Part shown: positions 1 to 11,088 of the stretch, in pieces | Layout of the letters: each line of letters starts with the position of its first letter | How positions within the stretch are numbered: position 1 is the stretch's first letter | From: Mustelus asterias | Lineage: Eukaryota | Direction: 5' to 3' | Length of the DNA stretch: 64,000 nucleotides | Assembly (NCBI RefSeq): GCF_964213995.1 | Contig: NC_135804.1 | Span: forward strand, 26,846,001-26,910,000 | The notes under the pieces: model-generated | What the model was told of the DNA's origin: nothing | What the model saw: only the letters and a program-made list of their open reading frames with translations | Databases searched by the model: none | Translations under genes and position numbers: made by a program

Positions 1-514
1 GAGATCTGCAAACTTATTCAACTAACTAAGCTATAATATGTCATGTGTTCTTGCTCAGAGAATCCCTCGGGTCATCTGTGGTATATTAGTGGTGTAACAT
101 AACTTGTCACATTTAATTGTTTAAAAAACGGGACGACTGCTTTCTCACGATTCACGTATTCAAAACACTAGAAATTCACTCAAAAAATTAAGTTAGAAGT
201 TAAAAACATCGAAGTCACATTAGTAATGAAACTGCACGATTGACAACTAAAGCAATTCTTCAATTTAGAAACATTAAACAATAATAATAAACGCCTCACG
301 ATTAATTTGATTTTCTATGTTAATAGATCTTGTTGGTAGATTTCATCTCTATATTGAGAGTTACTGTTGGTATTTGTTTCAATTACAGAGTGATGGATAG
401 GATTTGTGTCTCTCTCTCTGCGTGTCTCTCTTGTTTCACAAACTTTACCAAAAGGTCAGTACTAGCTGTGTCTATTGGTCCAGAACAGGTGAACTAACTT
501 TTCCAAAAACAAAC

Positions 515-618
515 CTTCTGCAACCGGTTCCACCAGGCAGATTCCTCCTTCTTCCCACCTTTTTTGCCACTGCCTCTTGCTCCACCTCCAGTTCCTCCTG
601 CAGACACCTTGGGGTTTT
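515..618 (-). CDS. AFG3L1: AFG3L1 coding exon 4 (ENPKVSAGGTGGGARGSGKKGGKKEESAWWNRLQK); gene continues beyond the window start
   Basis: Gly-rich linker plus GGKK..WW.R.QK matches AFG3L2 KRGGKKDDSHWWSRFQK; canonical splice sites. Confidence 0.85.
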
Positions 619-1574
619 CTGCAGATGAAGGTACCACAATATTGAAAGAATGTTTGATCTTTTACCTACAAGTATTTATCTTTATTTTTATTTGCATGCA
701 ATTCGGGTATCACTGGCAACGCACCACGTATTGGCCGTCCCTAATTAACCTTGAGAAGATCTTGGTAAGCCACCTTCTTAAATCACTGCAGTCCATGTGG
801 TGAAGGTTCTTCCATGATACTGTGAGGTAAGGAGTGCCAGAATGTTGACATAGTGATGATGAAGGAACAGCAATTTTTTCTCAAACCTTGATGGTGAGTG
901 ACTTGAGAGGGAAGTTGTAAAGTGGTCATGTTCCCATGTGTCTGATGTCCTTGTCCTTCTAAGTGGAAGAAGTGCAGGCTACTTGCACAAAACCACCCAT
1001 TATGAAGTACCACTATTGGTGCAAGAACTAACTAATACGGGGTGGGAGAGGAGAGCTGGATAAACTGATGACAACTAATATAGTACAAATATGGAAAGGT
1101 AGGTTATGGTTTTGGACTAGTTATCCAGAGACCTGGTCTAATAAACCGGAGGACACAAGGTCATAGTAGCTTTAAAATAAAACTAGAAATAAAGAATCGG
1201 TATTAGTAAAACCGACAGAGAAGTTTTAAGATAGCGACTGAAAATCCAATAGTAATTAATGCCCTTTAGCAAAGGAAACTTCTTGTTTTCAACTGGCCTG
1301 ATGCATTTGTGACTCAGGTCTCGCACCAAAGTGGCTGACTCTTGACTGTCCTTTCTTAGTTACCTTCCCATAATAAGTAAGATGGGCTTTGAGTACCAGC
1401 CTTGCAGGAAGACCCAAATCTCAGTAGTGAATAATAAAAGGCTGAGAGATTAAAAATTTGATCATTACAAATATTATTGGTGGAATAGTAAGGGTATTAC
1501 AGAGAATAAAACAGGGAGGTGATCTATTTCATCAGGAATTGCATTTTCAGAGTCAAAACTCAGGAGTACTTTAC

Positions 1575-1637
1575 CTTTAATGTCATTAGCTTTTGGTCCT
1601 GCTGCTTGTTTATTTTTGGGGAAATACTTCTCAAATC
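1575..1637 (-). CDS. AFG3L1: AFG3L1 coding exon 3 (GFEKYFPKNKQAAGPKANDIK-E)
   Basis: GFEKYFP motif of AFG3L1/AFG3L2; canonical ag/gt; phases 1/1. Confidence 0.85.
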
Positions 1638-1931
1638 CTGAAACAAGAAATAATTAAATTCAAACTCTCTCTCCTCATTTCCTAATATAATGCTACTCAA
1701 TTAAATAATTCCTATTATTAATTTATAAGTCCTGGTAAGGTGAAGTAAAATAAATGGCACTGGAGAAAAAGACCATGTGATATTCAGTGCAGTGGCATAG
1801 GTATTAATAGGATGTTACATCATCACAATCTGGCCCAATGTTGGTGTCAATGCTGCATTGCACACCTAGTTCAAAAGGAAAGAAACTTGGCAAGTTTTAT
1901 TTGGTTGCTGAAGTATATACCACACACAGGT

Positions 1932-2245
1932 TTAAAGTTTATTCATTAGTGTCACAAGTAGGCTTATATTAACACTGCAATGAAGCCACTGTGAAAATCC
2001 CCTAGTCGCCACAATCCAACGCCTGTTCGAGTACACGGAGGAGAATTTAGCATGGCCAATGCATCTAACCAGCATGTCTTTTGGACTGTGGGAGAAAACC
2101 GGAGTACCCGGAGGAAACCCACACAAACATAGGGAAAACGTGCAGACTCCACACAGTGACCCAAGCTAGGAATCAAACCAGCGTCACTGGCGCTGGTGAG
2201 GCAACAGTGCAAACTACTGTGCCAACCACTGGCACCATGCTGCCC
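1932..2245 (-). mobile_element. HE1-type tRNA-derived V-SINE, tail type B
   Basis: V-domain GGGTTTCCTCCGGGT.CTCCGGTTT; tail ...CCTACTTGTGACACTAAT. Confidence 0.85.
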
Positions 2246-2641
2246 TTACCACCACGCCATTTTATTTTAAGAAAATAAAACGTCCTTGTTTAAAGTGAGC
2301 AAAATCCTTGTAACGTTGCGAGTGCCTTGTGCAAAACATCAGCCAATGAACAATGTGCTCAGATGCCATTCGAACTGCGTCTTAGACAACATGTGAATTT
2401 CATGTAAATATATTTAGTATTTGTGGATCGATCAGAATCCCTCAGAGGGAGGTTGCAGCAATCTGCCAGAACTCTATTGTTGCACTGAGGTTTACAGCAG
2501 GCACTTCACATAGCATACTACATTCTGCTATAAAGCTGCTAAATGACTCTGGAGTAGGACAAATAGCAGGGATTTTAAAAAATCATTGTATATCACTAGT
2601 TTGTCTATAGTATCAATAAAAATGGATTCATTTGCACTTAC

Positions 2642-2726
2642 CTTTTGGTTCTTTTGAAGTGTGCAATCTAAAATTCAACATGTTTCCTTGATATCCTGGA
2701 CTTCTGTTAACACATGGTCGGATATA
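2642..2726 (-). CDS. AFG3L1: AFG3L1 coding exon 2 (YIRPCVNRSPGYQGNMLNFRLHTSKEPK-G)
   Basis: Acceptor tttttctgaatccag, donor G|GTAAGT; joins to give PKGFEKYFP, as in AFG3L2 RPPKGFEKYFP. Confidence 0.75.
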
Positions 2727-3589
2727 CTGGATTCAGAAAAAATAACAATTAAACTCAGCATTGGGATTCCTCGCAATCAACATCAAAATACAGCTGTTTT
2801 CTAACAGGATTACTAAATAGTTATTTTGGGCAAAGAGTCCTGGTTCAAGGCTGGTTAAAACAAAATTTGAAACTAATTTTAGTTTAAACATATTGTTTCC
2901 TTCAACTGTGCATAACTATTATCTTGCATCAATCATCTTTCAGCTAACTGTATTTCAGTTGTACTCCTTCACTAGTGTCCGTGAGACAAAAGATCATGGT
3001 AGTGTATTATGCAATCTATATTTCTAGTATTCCCTGGTTTACAACATTAAAAATATGACGCTCAAAGCATTTATCTGAATAGACAGAGACTAAATTATTT
3101 ACAGCTAAATTCACTGCAACCGACAGCACCTTGTATCTAATAAGTTTCATGGACAGGTTTATAGAAAGGTTCTTGTGCCAAAAGTAGACTGGATCTTAAT
3201 TCTATCATTATCGCTGGATGCCCCATAACACTGTTGAGCTAACGATATCATGTAGTCACTGCTGCAATGTGGGAAACATGGCAGCCTACTTGCACACAGC
3301 AAATTCCCATCATCAGCAAAGAGATGACGACTAGATTGTGATGTTCACCGAGGGATGAAAATTGGCCAGGACACCAGTGAGAAATCCTTTGCTCTTCTTT
3401 AAATGATGCCATGGGAAAGCGGACAGGGAGGGCCTGGATTTAATGTCTCTCGCAAAGAAAGATCCCACAGTACTGCACAGAAGTGTCAGCTTAGATTATG
3501 TTTTTTTTCTTCATTCATGAGATGTGGCTTTGCTGACTCGACGAGCATTGAATGCTCATCCCTAATTAGCCTTAAGATGGTGGTGAGCA

Positions 3590-4168
3590 GCTATATGAAC
3601 GGAGTGGGAATGGAGGGATACAAAAGAGTGGTCTAGTTTGGACCAGGGAGCGGTGCGGGCTAATTGTTCTTTGTTTCTCGTTTCAAGGCTTCATTCTATG
3701 ATCATCTTGCTGGTGCCAGTACAGAGCGAGACTGCGGATAGTTGGGAACCTGTCTCGGGGGCAGGGAATTCAGATGGTGTTCGTAAAGCAGAAGTGGAAA
3801 TGAATAGGGTTGGGAAGCATTTTCTGATCAGGGCCAGTGTGATCTCCTGGACTCGTTTCGATCGCCTCAGGGGGTCGGAGAGGAATTTCCCAGATTTTTT
3901 TTTCCCCATATTGGCCCTGGGGTTTTCACTCTGGGTTTTCGCCTCTCCCTGGAGATCACATGGTCTGGAATGGGGGGGTGGGGGTGAGTTAATAGGTTGT
4001 GATGAACAAAGCATCATAGCTGTGAGGGACAGCTCGGTGGATAGGATATTAGGATGTAGATAGTCTGGAAAATTGGGCGGGGATCCTGGATTCAATCCTG
4101 GACCGGGGAGCGGCGCGGGCTTGGGGGGCCGAAGGGCCTGTTCCTGTGCTGTATTGTTCTTTGTTCTT
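3590..4168 (+). mobile_element. CR1 3' end (last ORF2 codons + long 3' UTR variant)
   Basis: YMNGVGMEGYKRVV* followed by sequence near-identical to the reverse complement of 20490-21070. Confidence 0.88.
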
Positions 4169-4564
4169 GAACTGCTGCAGTCCGTGTGGTGTAGGTACAC
4201 CCACAGTGCTGTTAGGAAAGGAGTTCCAGGATTTTGACCCAGTGATATTTCCAAGTCAGGGTGGTGAGTGATTTGGTGGGGAACTTGCAGGCAGTGGTGT
4301 TCCCATGTATCTGCTGCCTTTGGCCTCAGGTGCTCAAGTCTCTGGATTGGGATTTGAACCAGTAATCATTTGACTCAGGAGTTCGGCCTTTCTTAAAAAA
4401 ATTAAGCTGCCTGATTTGAGTCTCTAAATAGCGAAATATGTGGGAATTATTTTCAAGTAAATACATCATTATGTTTCTCAAATTATTAAGAATTAAGCAC
4501 TCCTATTTTTCCAGCAAAACCAGTAGCTAATGGGCAAGTTTAAGATAATCCGCTTGTTCATTCT

Positions 4565-5880
4565 GAAACTGTCACCATTTCCCCTCAAGCCCTCGCCGAA
4601 CTCATCTTGCCCCGGAGGCCCATCTTCTGCTCCTTTGATCACATATCCACCAAACTGCTGATCACCCATCTTCCCTTCCTGGCTCCCACATTAACTGGAG
4701 TCGTTAATAGCTCACTCTCCAAAGGCACTGGCCACTATCCTTCAAATTTGTTGTCACCAGTCTCCTCCTTAGAATGATTCCACTGTCTTAACAACCTACC
4801 ACTGCATAAAGTTCTTGAACATCTTGTCATCTCCCAAATCTGTGCCCAATCTTCCCACAACTGCAATACTGAACCCTTCAATCAGATTTCCACTCCTGTC
4901 ATAACGCCAAGACAACACTCAAAGTCACAAATGACATCCTGTGTGATTATGACCATGGTAAACTATCCCTCCTCTTCCTTCTTGTCCTGATTGCAGACTT
5001 TAATATGGTTGGCACACTGTCCTCCTCCAGTACCTCTCTTCTGATGTCCAACTAGTGTGACTGCACTCATCTGGTTCCACTATCCATCCAATCATAGCCA
5101 GAAAATCATCTGCAACGGTTTCACTTCATGTTCCCACACCATTGCATGTACCCAAATGGACTATGCTTAGCCCCTTCCTATTACAACTCTCAACTCTTCA
5201 CTGCTTCTGATTTGTCACGTCACTTGTCTGAGAGTCAGTATTCCATGAGCAGAGATTGTTTTCAATTAAATATTGGGAAGAAGAAAGCCACTGTATTAAT
5301 TCCCCATCATAAACTGTTTGTTCTCTATCCACTGTCTGACTACACCAGACTATTCACAACCTTGGGATTCCATTTGATGCTGAGCTGAGCCTCCCACTCC
5401 CTATTTTCTCCATCACTAAGACTTCTTGCTTGGTAATAATGCCTCTCTGCTGCTGCCCCAGCTATGCCTTTGTTAACTGTAGATTGTTCAAATGCTCTCT
5501 TGGATGGCCTTGCATCTTGCACCAATCAACTTGAACTCATTTAAAAGCTGAGTGTCCATGCCCTAACTCACAAAAAGCCCTGTTCAGCTATTATCCCTGT
5601 GTTGGCTTATCAGTGGCTCCAGGCCAGCAAAGCCTTGATTTTAAAACCATCTTCCTTATTTTCAAATTCTACCATGGCCCTTCCCCATCTTTATAACTTT
5701 GAACAATCCCACAAATCTCTGAGATATCTGCAATTCCAAAACCACTATTTCTGGCCTCCTGCTCAACTTTAATTATTCCACCAATGGTAGCCCCAAGCTC
5801 TGGAATTTCCTTCCTCAATCTTTCCACTTATCCCACAAAACCCACCACTTTGAACAACGTTTGGGCACCTGCCCTGCTAT
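4565..5880 (+). mobile_element. Degenerate L2-clade LINE
   Basis: LKVTNDILCDYDHGKLSLLFLL.L.A.F motif at ~4918-5010; HWLP..LDFK-type 3' part. Confidence 0.7.
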
Positions 5881-6239
5881 CTCTCTATCAGGGTGACCAA
5901 GGGTCCCACATTTAATGGGGTTATTTTGAGTGTTAATCCCTCAAATCCGGAATTTCAAGGCCAAACCGTGTGAGACTTGAGTCTTAGCTGAGTGCTTGTG
6001 CAATACTGCAAGTCTGAAAGTCGGCCAGCAGGAGGAATTTAAGTTCTGTGGCACCTTAAACATCTGTGTTGGCTCGAACATAAAATTATTTAAAACTCCT
6101 TTTAACTTTCCACTCCTTAAAACCGCCCCCTCCTCAAATTGGTCAGCAGCACCCCTTCCCTGGGTGGCAATGCCATTCGTGTTGTTTGGTGGAGAGTTGG
6201 TCCACCCTGCTCCCTGTGTGACTCCATGTCTTATGGCGG

Positions 6240-6720
6240 GTTATACAATTCCTCTGAGGAGCGCCCTCGGTGACACAGATTCGCCCACCGACACCGCGCA
6301 GCCGGGTTTCCACCCACCGACACCGCGCAGCCGGGTTCCCCCTCCCCCCCGCCCCAATCTCACCCGGCAGCAGCCCCGCTGTCCCGGCCACAGGGCCCGG
6401 GCGAAGAGTCGCCGGCAGCCGCTCAGCTGCAGCCTGAAGACAAGCGCCATGGCCCTGGACCTGGGCCTCGGCCTCCAAGCTCAATGTCAGGCCGGCCTTG
6501 GGGGCCCTGCCGCCGCTCACACTCTCCACCAGCTCCGAGCTAAACCGGGCTGAGTCAGACTGGAGCGGACCGCCTGCCCGTCCCTCCGGTAAAGCTCAAT
6601 GTTCCGAACATCTACAAGTGAGAAACACAACGACAAGAGCAACCGCAAATCAGCTCCCCGGTCCCGTCTCCAATGCGCTCCGGGTGGAGGACGTGTTCCA
6701 CCACTGCGGTTCCGACAACA
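6240..6720 (-). promoter_or_regulatory. CpG island / promoter of AFG3L1
   Basis: GC- and CpG-rich stretch in an AT-rich, CpG-poor background, spanning the start codon. Confidence 0.75.
6364..6450 (-). CDS. AFG3L1: AFG3-like m-AAA protease subunit, coding exon 1 (MALVFRLQLSGCRRLFARALWPGQRGCCR; mitochondrial presequence-like)
   Basis: ATG at 6450 in a CpG island; Arg-rich, acid-free N-terminus; donor CGG|GTGAGA, phase 0, compatible with the next exon. AFG3L1 rather than AFG3L2 is assigned by adjacency to DEF8. Confidence 0.75.
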
Positions 6721-6766
6721 ACTGTATCCACCCAAATCAGAATTCATTCATTCACTGTGACTGTCA

Positions 6767-7400
6767 TTTCAATTTGATTTATTATTGTCACGTATATCAG
6801 TATACAGTGAAAAGTATTGTTTCTTTATTGTCACATATATCAGTATACAGTGAAAAGTATTCTTTATTGTCACATACATCAGTATACAGTGAAAAGTACC
6901 AACCCTACCCACCAACTCTACCTCCATTCACCTGATGAAGGAGCAGCCTCTGAAAGCTCCTGATTCCAAATAAACCTGTTGGACTTTTTAACCTGTCACA
7001 TGTATCAGTATACAGTGAAAAGTATCGTTTCTTTAGCATTATACGGGCAAAGCATGCCATACATAGAGCACATAGGAGAGAAGGAAAGGAGAGGGTGCAG
7101 GCTATAGTGTTACAGTCGTAGCAGCTCGGGGTAGAGAAAGATCAACTTAATATAAGGTAGTTCCATTCAAAAGTCTGATGGCAGCAAGGAAGGAGCTGTT
7201 TTTGATTCAGTGACCTCAGACTTTTGTATCTTTTTCCCCACAGTAGAAGGTGGAAGAGAGAATGTCTGGGGTGCATGGGATCCTTGATTATGCTGACTGC
7301 TTTTCCAAGGCAGGGGAAGTGTAGACAGCGTCAATGTTTGCATGATGGACTGGGCTTCGTTCACAACCCTTTAAAGTTTCTTGCGGTCTTGAACAGAGCA
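6767..7400 (-). mobile_element. Rex1/Babar-type LINE 3' end with local tandem duplications and a Penelope insertion
   Basis: CLGKAVSIIKDP.HP..SLFHLL remnant; AATAAATCAAAT tail; related fragment at 24352-24527. Confidence 0.6.
6898..6993 (+). mobile_element. Penelope 3' fragment with degenerate hammerhead
   Basis: TCAC-CTGATGA-AGGAGCAGCCTCT-GAAAGCTC then CCAAATAAACCTGTTGGACTTT. Confidence 0.65.
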
Positions 7401-8327
7401 GGAAAGGATGTTAAGATTTTGATAATTCTATTAATTTTTAGGTTTGTTGGTTGGCTTTGCTTTACTGGGGCTTCAGGACGACAACATGGCAGAGAAGCAA
7501 AGGTTTCGGTGAAACTCTGGATGGAGCTCAATGATCCCATCATGACTTTGAGCTTTTCAAGCTCCATGGATGGTTATATTATCCTGCACTTCATTCCCTT
7601 GTGATTATACTCCTGATTTCATAATATTACAGAGGCATTTGTTGCCTGTTATCCTGTGAAAATCAGGATTGTCCATTTTTTCTCTATGATGGTATTCATC
7701 CACTGGCATGGAACATGGGAGGCCTTTGTTTAATGTGCTTTACCACCTGCATTCAATCTTGGTTTTGATGTGTGGTACCAGGAGAGTGTGGTGGGTAAGT
7801 GGGGAGGTGGGGAAGAGGGGGGGTGTGGTCTGCCCACCCTATTTCTGGCTCCGTGTCAAATTCTAATTCTTGAGTTTCAGTGCTTGCAATATGGAGATAT
7901 TTCCTTGTTTGGGGATTGTTTGTGGGTCTTCTTTCTATTGGGAAGCATGCTGAGTTAGTTGTATGACGAGGGTTATGCTGTATTTACTGGTGTTTTATGT
8001 CCTGTAATCCTTACACTTACACTGAGGGAGTATATTTTTTGGTACCCTTCACTTCATTCATAGACAAGTGGCGCCACAGCAGGTTGGTGGGTAGCTGATT
8101 TGATATAGAGGTGGTTGATATGGCCTTAGAAGTCCTCATTGTGGATGAAGTAAACCCTCGTTGGAACTATTGATCTCACTTTTCTTTTGTACTTTTGTTA
8201 TTTTGGGATTAAGAAACCTTTGCTGGTTTCCTATGAAAGTATTGACAGATCATGTATCCTAGAAAAGACTGGGTTCTTTTTTCCCCCTGCTATATTTGGA
8301 ATCAGGGGAAATATGTACTGGTGGACA

Positions 8328-8398
8328 TGATGTGGAGATGCCGGCGTTGGACTGGGGTAAACACAGTAAGAGTTTTAACCTGGTGTTGTTAAAACTCT
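8328..8398 (-). mobile_element. Minimal Penelope-derived fold-back insertion
   Basis: Same terminus; TSD TACTGGTGGACA at 8316-8327 / 8399-8410. Confidence 0.78.
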
Positions 8399-9654
8399 TA
8401 CTGGTGGACACCCAGGCATGGTCAGCTAATCCTTGGATATCTCGCCTTTCTTGGTTTGGTCGTCTATATTTACTTGGCTGCGCGGGTAGTGACAGTGGTT
8501 ACTTGGCTCATGGAATGTAGGATGGTTATATCACCGTTGTTAGGGTTCCTTTGATAAGTGGAAATGGATGGCGTCTCATTGATGGCGGGGCCTAAGTGGC
8601 ATCTCAGGAGTGCCTAGAGATAGGGGTAGTTTGCTTTGTTCAATGTATGAGTGATGTCAGTATCCTTGGCCTGTCAGCCCTTATTGTAGTGTGTTATTGA
8701 TCCTAGTTTAGCTTGATTGAGGAGGTTAGGGCAGTAGTAACTATGTTTATCCGGGTCAGGTGAAGGGTATGTTGGGCAGGGGAGTAGGTCACCCTCCCCT
8801 GAGATATCACCTTTTGGGGGCTTCTGGACTGCTCTCCTTCTTGAGACTTAGTTCCCCTGGGGATTTGAATCCTGTTGACTGCGAGGCCTGAGTGCAAGTC
8901 AAAGTGTTCCGGTTCAGCACTGATCAGAGTCTTTCTTCAGTTGAAGATTAGGCTGGACGGAGATGGAGTAGATTGTATTCCTCCAAGTGGTCTTATTCTA
9001 GGACTTCCTCCTTCTTGAGGCTTGGGTTCCCCTGGCGTGGGCTGTATCCTGTTTCGTATGAGGTTCTGTTCTGTTCTGTCCCTGGTATCCTTTTTGAAAA
9101 GGTATGCAGAGCTAGCCAACATCTTGCATCTATTGGCTAATCCTGGTGTTCCTTTCTCTCGGGGTCCTCTCTTTATCTGGATGGTGAGGTGCTGATACAG
9201 CTCTGATTTGTTAGGATAAATTTTCCAGTCCTGCCAGCTGTGGGAATCATTGCAGGTGGGACAGAAAATTCAGCGGACCATTAAAGGTCCGTTGACCTTG
9301 GGTGGGAATTTCTGGTCTTGGGGTGCTTGCAGCCAGAAAATCACACCTATCATATTTAATTCTAGAGGGTTTTCCTCATCTTGTAAGGAGGAAAATTATA
9401 TCCTCCCCGAGTTTTCCCGTGTCTTGATGATTTACCACCTTGTCAGTAGGGTTTCCTTGGGGGGGGGGGGGATGGATTAGGTTTTCCAGTGATGATTGAT
9501 CCTAAACGACATCTCTGATATGGCTACAGTGAGGTTTATTGTGTTGAGTGTTTTGGCGTGGCACAAATCCTTAGCTTACTAACTCCTGTATGAATGTACA
9601 CAGCCACATCTTATACGGATGGCAGTAGCCTGATGTTCCCCCTTTTCTAGTAAA

Positions 9655-9945
9655 AACTTTATTTATTAGTCACAAGTAGGCTTACATTAACACTGCAGTG
9701 AAGTAACTGTGAAAATCCCCTAGACGCCACACTCCAGCGCCTGTTTGGGTACACTGAGGGAGAATTTAGCATAGCAAATGCACCTAATCAGCATGTCTTT
9801 TGGATTGTGGGAGGAAACCGGAGCACCCGGAGGAAACCTATGCAGACGGGGAGAATGTGCAGACTCAGCACAGACAGTGACCCAAGCCAGGAATTGAACC
9901 TGGGTTCCTGGCGCTGTGAGGCAGCGGTGCTAATCACTGTGCCAG
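9655..9945 (-). mobile_element. HE1-type SINE, tail type B
   Basis: Same head, V-domain and tail B. Confidence 0.85.
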
Positions 9946-10647
9946 TATCCTTTCATTGCTTGGAGGTCTGGGGATGCTGAGTTAGGTCCTGATTAGTTGT
10001 ATTTTGCCCCGCAAGTGATCCCATATATTGTGTAAATCTGTCTTTATTATACTGTGGAGGAGGTGCACACCATGGTGCTTATCCTGTTATCCTGAGATCC
10101 CCCACTCTTTCCGATATTGTTTCATTAGTATATACAAAAGACAACAACTGCAATGATTTATAATCTGAACCAGTTGTATGAGTATATGCTGGTCTTTTCT
10201 GTATGTGGAATAATGATCACTAGATTTTGGGGATTTCTTGCCTCTTGTGGTAAAATGGAAAACCCTCAATAAAGACATTCATTAAAAAAAACACTTCCTA
10301 TCAATGTTAAACAGAAAGAATAGTTTCCCTCTAATATAGAAATTCTGTCCTACAATTATAGTTAGTCAGTTAAATCAATGTGTAGGTTTAAGTCATCCAA
10401 AGTTCAAACTACTCTTCGACCATTCCCTCAAAGTTGATTTTAAAAACTCTTACTTAAAGTTTAATATCATTGAGTGTAGTTCACCAGTTGAGTGTAGTTC
10501 ACCAGTTGTCTCGACTCCCCATTGTCTCATGACAGAAATTCAAAATGAATCAAATCATTTAAATTGTGGTTAAATAATAAAATCCATAGAGGTTACTGAC
10601 CAGCAACGCTAAAAATGAGTAAAATTATCAAAATCTTAACATTGTGT

Positions 10648-10970
10648 CATAGAATCATAGAAACCCTACAGTACAGAAAGAGGCCATTCGGCCCATTGAG
10701 TCTGCACCGACCACAATCCCATCCAGGCCCTACCCCCCATATCCCTACATATTTACCCACCAATCCCTCTAACCTCCACATCTCAGGACACGAAGGGCAA
10801 TTTTTACCATGGCCAATCAACCTAACCCGCACATCTTTGGACTGTGGGAGGAAACCCACGCAGACACGAGGAGAATGTGCAAACTCCACACAGACAGTGA
10901 CCCAAGCCGGAAATTGAACCCAGGTCCCTAGAGCTGTGAAGCAGCAGTGCTAACCATTGTGCTACCGTGT
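10648..10970 (-). mobile_element. HE1-type SINE, CR1-like tail A
   Basis: A/B boxes TGGTTAGC / GGTTCAATT; tail GGGCCGAATGGCCT..(TTCTATGA)n. Confidence 0.88.
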
Positions 10971-11071
10971 CGTGAGCAAACATTTCAGTTTTCATTTAGA
11001 TAATATAGGAAATGCTCAAAAAACTTTGAACAGAATTTCAATGAAGGAAATGAACAAACCTTGAAATATAA

Positions 11072-11088
11072 TTTATTAAATATTTATT
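11072..11088 (-). terminator. Candidate DEF8 polyadenylation signals (tandem AATAAA), implying a ~3.7 kb 3' UTR
   Basis: tttatt at 11072-11077 and 11083-11088, at the end of a long, repeat-poor AT-rich stretch downstream of the stop codon. Confidence 0.4.

Larger units (their letters stand above)
7640..10150 (-). mobile_element. Highly degenerate L1/Tx1-like ORF2 3' half (tentative)
   Basis: Remnants resembling ISGY.I / F.Y.GI (~10030-10100) and a C-terminal LP.R....ISPYC..C motif (~7880-7950). Confidence 0.35.

Noticed and set aside
2441-2560. Two adjacent hairpins in an AFG3L1 intron as an H/ACA snoRNA
   Set aside because: No ANANNA hinge or terminal ACA in the expected positions on the sense strand.
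3638-4254. 141-aa and 187-aa ORFs repeated at 20565-21022
   Set aside because: Non-ATG starts within the CR1 3' UTR cassette; recurrence reflects nucleotide identity, and the evidence favours RNA structure over coding.
5996-6935. Long plus-strand ORFs across the CpG island
   Set aside because: GC-rich stop-poor sequence; the minus-strand exon with a matching splice phase explains the locus.
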